Part shown: positions 53,597 through 64,000 of the stretch, piece after piece
Numbering within the stretch: position 1 is the stretch's first letter
How the letters are laid out: each line of letters starts with the position of its first letter
NCBI GenBank assembly: GCA_964016885.1
Contig: OZ024743.1
Location: 292,764,001-292,828,000 of the forward strand
DNA length: 64,000 bases
From: Eledone cirrhosa
Taxonomy: Eukaryota
Reading direction: 5' to 3'
The notes under the pieces: generated by a model
What the model was told of the DNA's origin: nothing
Databases searched by the model: none
Seen by the model: the letters and a program-made list of their open reading frames with translations, nothing else
Position numbers and translations under genes: made by a program

Positions 53597-54237
53597 TAAT
53601 TGTTTCTATTTTAGGCACAAGGCCAGCAATTTTGAGGGAGGTGAAAGTCGATTAAATCGACCCCAGTGCTTTACTAGTGCTTTATTTTATCGACCTCTTT
53701 AGGATGAAGAACGAAGCTACCCTCGGTGGGATATGAAATCAGAACGTAAAAAGCCCTAACTCTATGTCACGAAGCATGCTGCCCAATGCTCTAGTGATAG
53801 TGCCAATCTACCAATAATAATAATTGTTTCCACTTTTCGCACAAGGCCATCAATTATCCCAGTGTATTACTGGTACTTTATTTTATCAGCCCCGTAAGGA
53901 TGAAGTGCAAAGTTAACCTCGGCGGGATTTGAACTCAGACCATAAAGGGGCGTAACTCTTTGCTGCAAAGCATGGCGTCAGACCCTCTACCGATACTGCC
54001 AATCCACCACCAATAATAATAATTGTTTCTTATATAGACACAAGGCCAGCAATTTGGGGGGAGGGGAAAGTCGATTAAATCGACCCCAATGCGTGACTGG
54101 TACTTTATTTTATCGACCCCGTAAGGATGAAAGGCGAAGTTAACTTCGGCGGGATTTGAACTCAGATCATAAAGGACTAACTCTATGCTGCAAAGCATGA
54201 CGTCCAGCCCTCTACCGATACTGCCAATCCACCACCA
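53597..54237 (-). mobile_element. Three head-to-tail SINE family 1 copies separated by (AAT)n
   Basis: Units ~53597-53813, ~53821-54012 and ~54020-54237. Confidence 0.85.
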
Positions 54238-55071
54238 ATAATAATAATAATAATGTTGTGGACACACAGTGACCAAACAATTATATGTTATCAAACCTAT
54301 GAATATAGGGACCGAACGAAAGCATGACTTTTGAAAGTTATGTTTTCGTAGTCCATGAGAGTATGAGATAACTTAACAATGCCTGTTGAATTGGAGGGAT
54401 AATATATGTGATTGAACAATTACAAAACGATACTGGTTGTGACTGAAAATATCGATCGAATTTGGTCTGATATCTGTAAGATATTATAAGTTGCAAACAA
54501 AAATGCTACCAAGATATCTTGCTATCCAGAATAGATTACACAGAAAGAACGAGCATAATGTACCCTTTTAAAAGTATATATAACTTTACACACCTTGCGT
54601 TAAAAGTATTGAAACAATAACACATAAAACCTGCATTGATTTCTGAACATCCCAATACCTATATTCATTATATATTCTTCATATTTCAAAATAATTTTCA
54701 CAAAAAAGGAATGTATTTATTTAGTATTGGTGTTATATTAATACCATTTAAAATTCTTCACTTAAAATAACAGCCAGATAAATGTTTATGAATTATTTAC
54801 AAATCGAATTTCTCTTAATATAAGCTACCTCTTTTAAACAGAGAGACAACAAAGCCAGGAGAAGAATACACGAGAGTCACGAAAGAGACAAGAGAAGTGG
54901 CGAGAGATAGAGATTAAACAAATGGATAATCACTCCTCCGCAGTCAAGGGAATAAGTTCGAGATCACAAAAATAAGACACGCTGATTTGATAGTATATGT
55001 ACACATAAAAACACGCACAGACGAACACACACACACACACAAAATTATATATATATATATGTATAGTGTAA

Positions 55072-55421
55072 GGGTAAGATAAAGACCCTCTTCGGTTATG
55101 AATGACCATGGGATTTTCACCTAGAAAATCCATTACAAGGCACGAATCCAGATAAGGTTCTTTGTGGAAGACCAGTAGCCGTCCATGCATACCAGCCTCC
55201 CCTCTCCATGCCACCCATGTTGTCCAAGGGAAATGCAAAAGCCAATACAGCTTGGAACCAGTGACGTCGCAACTAATTTCTACAACTGAGTGATCTGAAG
55301 CAACGTGAAATAAAGTGTCTTGCTGAAGGGCACAACGCATATTCCGGACGCAATTCCCGGTTCGAGAATCGAACTCACAATCACACGATTGTTAGCGCGA
55401 CGCTCTGATCACTAAGCCACG
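55072..55421 (-). mobile_element. tRNA-derived SINE family 2; diverged relatives at ~61625-61840 and ~61920-62000
   Basis: A-box TGGCTTAGTG, B-box GAGTTCGATTC, central TGTGCCCTTCAGCAAGACACTT. Confidence 0.8.
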
Positions 55422-55617
55422 TTTAGCTCTAGGTTTTTTTTTTGCTTTGGACTATATTTGCAATATGGTTCTTAATGTTATATACATCCTTAGTAATTTT
55501 TATTATATATTTTTATTATTTTTATTATATATTTTTGCAATACTTTAGTGTATGTACATTCCATATTCTTCGGAGCTTCCGGCTTGTATCTGCCGATATT
55601 ACTTCTTGTTGTTTTAA

Positions 55618-55660
55618 TTGCCCTGATGAGTCCTTAATAGGACGAAACATTGTCGGCTAA
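55618..55660 (+). ncRNA. Textbook minimal hammerhead (family N) in a short element ending at (TA)n ~55808
   Basis: GCC-CTGATGA-GTCCTTAATAGGAC-GAAA-CATTG-TC-GGC. Confidence 0.9.
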
Positions 55661-55804
55661 TAAAGACTTTTGATGTATTGAAGGCTTCTTTGTTTTACTC
55701 TCTTAATTTTTCGGCTCTGTTTAACTACATTGAGCAATACATTTTACTGTCATTTCTATAATACGAAGAGGGTGTTTAACTCCAACACGCTCCAGTATTT
55801 TAAC

Positions 55805-57526
<1,722 letters not shown>

Positions 57527-57547
57527 TTAATTGTATTAATTATACTA

Positions 57548-57746
57548 GGTTAAAAAACACTTGTGGATAGTGCAGTTTCAAATCAACATATGTTGATTTA
57601 AATCTGCACTATCCACAAGTGTTTTTAACCTTCATATCATGTCTTCCTGTTTTATCTGATGAAAACACAAATATTATTGCATAATGATATTTGTTTTTGA
57701 AAAGCGCATAATAAAATACACGGAACTCTTTTAACCATCTTTTGTT

Positions 57747-57750
<4 letters not shown>
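57548..57750 (+). mobile_element. Family C 3' fragment with 5' hairpin and HHR (57649-57719)
   Basis: Palindrome 57548-57630; CTGATGA 57656, GAAA 57699; homologous to 4835-4999. Confidence 0.82.
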
Positions 57751-57791
<41 letters not shown>

Positions 57792-57797
<6 letters not shown>

Positions 57798-58868
57798 TAA
57801 AATAACAGATTAAAGTTTAAGCAAAGAATCGCTGCTTTCACCCTTAACGGGATCTTCTGAAACTGATTACCTGTATGTTTTGTGAAGGTACGTATACTTT
57901 CTCGTACGTATATTGGATTGCATATGTTATGGCGTATATTTTTTATATATTCTGGTACATATACTTTTGGTTATGTGTATACGGGAGTTTTGCGTCTGTG
58001 TGAGTATGCGGGTTCGTACGTATGTTGAGTGTATGTATATGTGTACTTCATGTTTTGGTTGACGTCGTCTCCGAACATTTGTGTATTTACATGTAGGTAT
58101 GTGTGTGTGCGCTTGTTATATACGTATTTATTTATTTATATACGTTTATTTAATTATTTATTTATTTGTATACACGCACACACACATACACACATATTTA
58201 TATGTGCGTGGTTTCGTATACCTATGGCGCGTGTTTTCGCGTATGCTTGTGTATGTACGTATTTGGATGCGTGTATGTATTTATTTCATTTCAATTACTT
58301 CTGTATTGTATTTTATTTACTTTATTCTTAACTCTGAAGAGGAGAATCATTCGGTTTCCTAGTTAGAATTTTAGTCTACGACTTCAGCTATACCATTTAC
58401 GTGGTTTTGTCATTGCGTGCAATTGTTCTCCACGCACCACATATGACGTATTATCTTCGTTTTTTCCGTTCATTGCCAGAGAACGTCTCTATGAACCACC
58501 TAAGAGAAGATTAGTCTACGACTTCTTTTATACCATAAACGTGGTCCTGTCTTTGCGTGTAATTGTTTTTTTATTAATGATGTATTATATTCGTTTTTCC
58601 CGTTCTTTGCCAGGGAATGTTTCCACGAACCAAAGTATCGTCTTCCTGTCTTCCTCCGGTTGCAACGTTTTTTGAAATATCCACTTCTGCGTTTACAGAT
58701 TGACTTTGTTAGTTTCAGAATATCCCGTTAAGGGTGAAAGCAGCGATTCTTTGCTTAAACTTTAATCTGTTATTTTAATAAATATTTGCTCTACGGTTCT
58801 TATATATTTGATATATATATATCCTTATCGAGCCCTCTTTGGATTTTAGTCTTCAAATTTATTATTAT

Positions 58869-58872
<4 letters not shown>
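57792..58872. mobile_element. Family J fold-back element
   Basis: Arms 57792-57864 and 58711-58783; internal diverged ~140-bp duplication at 58371-58632; (TA)n flanks. Confidence 0.8.
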
Positions 58873-58948
<76 letters not shown>

Positions 58949-59644
58949 GGGGGGGGATTTGTGTGTGAGTGTGTGTGTATACATACATAGTATGATAGAT
59001 CATAGTCGATGCTGTATATTATGTTTCGTTCTCGATTTTTCCTCTTCTCACGCTCTATCTTTCTATTTGATCCTTTATTTCTCATTCTAACTGGTCTAAG
59101 AACTTGTGTCCGCGACGTTAAGATTTGTCCCATAATTTCAAGTGTTAAACTAATATATTTCTTCGTTGCTCTGTGTCGCTTGCTTTGTTATTTCTGTTTA
59201 CTTTGTACACACACACACACAAGACGCCACATGTATAAACGTACAATACACACACACATACACACATACACACACATGCATACTCAAATATCTGGTGTCT
59301 GTTGTCGCTAAAGTAGAGAAGCCTTCGTGAATTGTGATGGCTTTGCCCATATATAAATCCTTAAAAATAATGTGTGTATGTTCTAGTCTAATTAAAAGAT
59401 AAAATGAAATTATCATGAAATATCTTTTCCCTCTTGCTCCGAGTACTCCACTGCCAGCAATGGTATCTGCTGGTAGTTAGGGTAACCCATTTGGAGCCTA
59501 GAGCACTTCAGTTTGCGAAGGTTCCCCATTTTCAGGTGGAGTCCAGGCCAATGCCCTCCGTCCCCTTATTAAATCCAGACCTGTCCCTCATATATGTAAG
59601 TGACGAAGAGAAATACAATACAAGGATATTCTATCACGTAATGT

Positions 59645-59940
59645 TGTTTTTTGTTTATTAATACATTAATTTGTTAACGACAGCAGCAGTTGAATGATCA
59701 AATGACAAGTCAGTCAATCACATTGGTGGCCTCCCCACATCCCCAGCTGACAGAATGGAGAAGGCGTTTCCTCGGAGGACGGCAAGGGAGACGCGCTAGA
59801 AAAGCCATTCCAACTCGCGAGGCTCACACCTGCGGCTGGTCAGCTCAGCGCCTATGGTGGTGAGTAGGGAGGTAGCCCTAGGGCCGAGGACACCAGAAAT
59901 CTCCACCGCCAAGGGTACGACCGCAAACCTGTCGGAGAGC
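59645..59940 (-). mobile_element. CRE-like LINE 3' fragment
   Basis: ALSDRFAVVPLAVEISGVLGPRATSLL..EPRELEWLF*RVSLAVLRGNAFSILSA, homologous to 18270-18480. Confidence 0.8.
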
Positions 59941-60062
59941 GACCGCTAATTGGAGAGTTTGGCCTCATCAGTCCGACGTGCAGCAGAACCTTAATGCTTT
60001 ACACTTTCACTAAATACATATAAACTGTCATTATTTTCTTCTCTTGTTTTATTTTATAAATC

Positions 60063-60189
<127 letters not shown>

Positions 60190-60604
60190 ATACGTTTAAC
60201 TGAAAATGTTCACTGCTAACCAGAAAACAGAATATCCATTTGCAATAAGATATGTTTAAGGAAAACAACTTTTAAATTTTCTTCTATTTTTACATTATAT
60301 ATTGATAGGAGAGCTTCTGATTAGTATTGCTAAATCGCTTGCTAAATATAGGACTGAGCAGGTGTTGAGATACAGGAAGATAATGCCTAGATTACTGATG
60401 GGAAACGGTAAGCAGAAATTCCCAGAGACCTCTACTCTCTCCTTCAGTAATTGACGTATGTATTATATATATATATGTGTGTGTATGTGTTTGCGTGTGT
60501 ACAGATACATATCTATAAACCTATATGTATGTTTGTGTGTGTATTTGTATGTATAAACTTAATCTGTATAGGTATATATATATGTGCATTTATATAAATA
60601 AGTA

Positions 60605-60682
<78 letters not shown>

Positions 60683-60752
60683 TGCAGAGAGAGAGAGAGA
60701 AAAATAGATATGCACATATATATTTCGATATATATACACACACACACACGTC

Positions 60753-60847
<95 letters not shown>

Positions 60848-60941
60848 ACATATGTGCATGTATCTACTTATAAACATATAACTATATATATATATATATG
60901 TGTGTGTGTGTATATTAATATACATATATAGATATATGTGC

Positions 60942-61043
<102 letters not shown>

Positions 61044-61270
61044 CTTTATATTTATTATAATTTTATTTACATATTTATGGTAAAATATTGATTTATTTAA
61101 ATACTGTTTCAAAATAAGTAAACATATACGCAGAACAATTTGTTTTCTATTTTGTTTGTTTTCTTTTTTGTTTTTGTTTGGTTTTTTTTTTCTTCTCCCT
61201 ATGAATAAATAACTTATTATCAGTTGAATGATGAGGAATTTGAAGTTTAGAAATATGTGTATATTGATAA

Positions 61271-61484
61271 TAATTGTTTCTAATTTTGGCACAAGACCTG
61301 CAATTTGAAGGCAAGTGGTATGTCGATTAAATCGATCCCAATGCGTTACCGGTGCTTTATTTTACCAACCCTTTAAGCTTGAACGGCAAAATATGAACGT
61401 AAGATAAGCAAGATGTGAATGTACAGAGCTGTAACCAATGCAACCGAATGTTTTGGCTGACGCTCTTCTGACTCTGTCAATCCA
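61271..61484 (-). mobile_element. Diverged SINE family 1
   Basis: AATTGTTTCT..GGCACAAG..GTCGATTAAATCGA..TTTATTTTA. Confidence 0.65.
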
Positions 61485-62609
61485 TAATAATGATTTCTAG
61501 CTAAATCTCAAGAATATATGTTACAAATGTTAGAAATAATGGTATAGATTAAATCGACTTTCAGTAGTTACCTGGTACTTTATTTTATATGGGCAAGGAA
61601 AGAGAAAGGAAAGGTCACTTTTCTCAGTTTTGTGGAAGACCAGCAGAACCTACCCACTGCTACATGATATTTTTGTTGTTCAATGGAAAGACTAGGCTGA
61701 TATTGCTTGACATTAATGTCGTTGCAACTCATTTTTTTCCAGCTAAGCGGACTGGAGCAACGGGAAACAAATTGTCTTTTTTAAGGTCACAACGCTCCAC
61801 CTAATCCAATGATCAGACTCACGACTTTACAATCGGGAACATACTGAAGAATAAAAGACAAAGTTGATTTCAGCAAGATTAACAAAAACTTTCTTATTGC
61901 TTCTATTATACGTCACCTTGCTCGCGAGAGCGAGGTCGAAGTTCGATTCCTGAACCGGATGGCATGTTGTGTATTATATTTTATGTTGATTTACCCCACT
62001 CATCTGAAAATAAGTACCGAGAGAAACTGGGGACTAATATTGTGAAACACCGGCGTCTTTTCCAAGGAAGGCTCTTTAAATCAGGTGTTATAATCCTCGA
62101 TGTTTAAAAAAAAATAATGACAAGACTTCACATCAGAGAGTGCAGTGTATAGTCGATTATAAAGATTCTAGCATTTCAGTGTAACGTTATTTTATCAATC
62201 TAGCACCATAATTCCCAAACTTTAGACCAAGTAAAAAATACTTTGGCGAAATTTGTTCCCTAAAAATCGTAACCATGAACTTCTAATTGAATCACAGGGG
62301 CCCTTTCATGACATACGGTGTGTTTTGTTTATGTAAATCTGGTGGAGCCCATTACTCTCCATGATTGAACACATATTTAATGGGGTTGTATTTTGCTTGA
62401 ATTATTGTGGAGATGTAATAAACACTGATGTAGGTGACTACACCAATACAAATGGGACATTAAATGTTTAAAATGATGATAATAAATATTTTGAAATGTT
62501 ACCTTGGAAATATTCAATATCCCCTTGTCAAAAGAAGGGTTCAGTGATCTACGTAAAAATATTATATAAAACATACACTGATAACGAAAAATATAAGGAA
62601 AATCATCCC

Positions 62610-62679
<70 letters not shown>

Positions 62680-62774
62680 AAGGTTTACATATATATAAAG
62701 TCATAGATATATATGTGTTTTGCAACGGGTCGCGTGGCTCAATGAAGAATTAATAAATTAAATAATCAGAGCTA

Positions 62775-63512
62775 TATATCATAAAACATGTCTATAGAAT
62801 CACTAGATCAAATATATACCGTTTCCTCTCCCAATTAGCATAATTAACCATATAAAAAAAAACAATTAGACCAAGCTATAAGAATAAAGGCTCCTATGAA
62901 GAAATCTCCGACAAATATCCGAAAGCAGCCCCTTCGCGGCGGTTACGACGGAGTATTTATCGAACATTTCGACAGCATGTATAAATCGACCAGATATACA
63001 GTCAACTAAACACAATTAGGTGTACTAAACTTAGAAGAAATGTGTACATATTTAATTACCTCTACCATGGTTTCGTCCGTATTTTAAGACATCCGATAAC
63101 AGGGGATATCTAGAGCTTCGGATTCATCAGGAATTAGCTCAAATTTAGACAATTAATTTTCCAAAGTGATCGCGCCAAGAATACATTCAAAAATGGCTAA
63201 GAATCGTGATGTGGCAGCGGTCAAGTTAGAAAGGATGTGATTAGTTGCTTACGGCTGGTAGGGTTATTGTTAATTGTGTTTAGTTGGCTGTATATCTGGT
63301 CGATTTATACATGCTGTCGACATGTTCGATAAATACTCCGTCGTAACCGCCGTGCAGGGGCTGCTTTCGGTTATTTGTCGGAGATTTCTTCATAGGAGCC
63401 TTTATTCTTATAGCTTGTTCTAATTGATTTTTTTATATCGTTAATTATGCTAATTGGGAGAGGAAACGGTATATATTTTATCTAGTGATTCTATAGGCAT
63501 GTTTTATGATAT
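62775..63512 (-). mobile_element. Fold-back element with HHR (family P) in the spacer at 63058-63134
   Basis: Arms ~62775-63018 and ~63270-63512; TTC-CTGATGA-ATCCG..CGGAC-GAAA-CCATGG-TA-GAG on the minus strand. Confidence 0.85.
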
Positions 63513-63526
63513 ATATATATATATAT

Positions 63527-63754
<228 letters not shown>

Positions 63755-64000
63755 TGCTATACTAATATGTATAAATATATCTTTTGAACAAATTTTCGAA
63801 TTTAGATACAGACTACAAGTCGGCGAATTGGCAGAGTTCAATTCCTGCCGAGGATAAAGTTTCCTTTGAGTCGATAAATAAAGTACCTGTACAAGTATTA
63901 TTTTCCTTATATTTTTCGTTATCAGTGTATGTTTTATATAATATTTTTACGTAGATCACTGAACCCTTCTTTTGACAAGGGGATATTGAATATTTCCAAG

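Noticed and set aside
58330-58365. CTGAAGA followed by a hairpin as an HHR
   Set aside because: No GAAA or stem III follows

Overview
AT-rich, repeat-saturated animal DNA. The SINE families look like those of Octopus or another coleoid cephalopod, which is an inference from recognition. No host protein-coding gene can be supported, and most listed ORFs are microsatellite artefacts. The window holds seven decayed or near-complete Penelope-like retroelements (PLEs; RT plus C-terminal GIY-YIG), one Ty3/Gypsy element with a single LTR, RTE and CRE-like LINE fragments, a hAT transposase remnant, Helitron-like ends and many tRNA-derived SINEs. The main hidden signal is about 30 type-I hammerhead-ribozyme (HHR) motifs from about 17 sequence families, found by eye at roughly one per 2 kb. 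Most sit in short non-coding elements inserted in (TA)n tracts and folded back as inverted repeats, so the ribozyme often occurs on both strands. Several families carry non-canonical cores (compensatory U3:A8, U4A, U4C) and family-specific palindromic stem III sequences. All folds were read manually and ribozyme activity is untested. Element boundaries are approximate.
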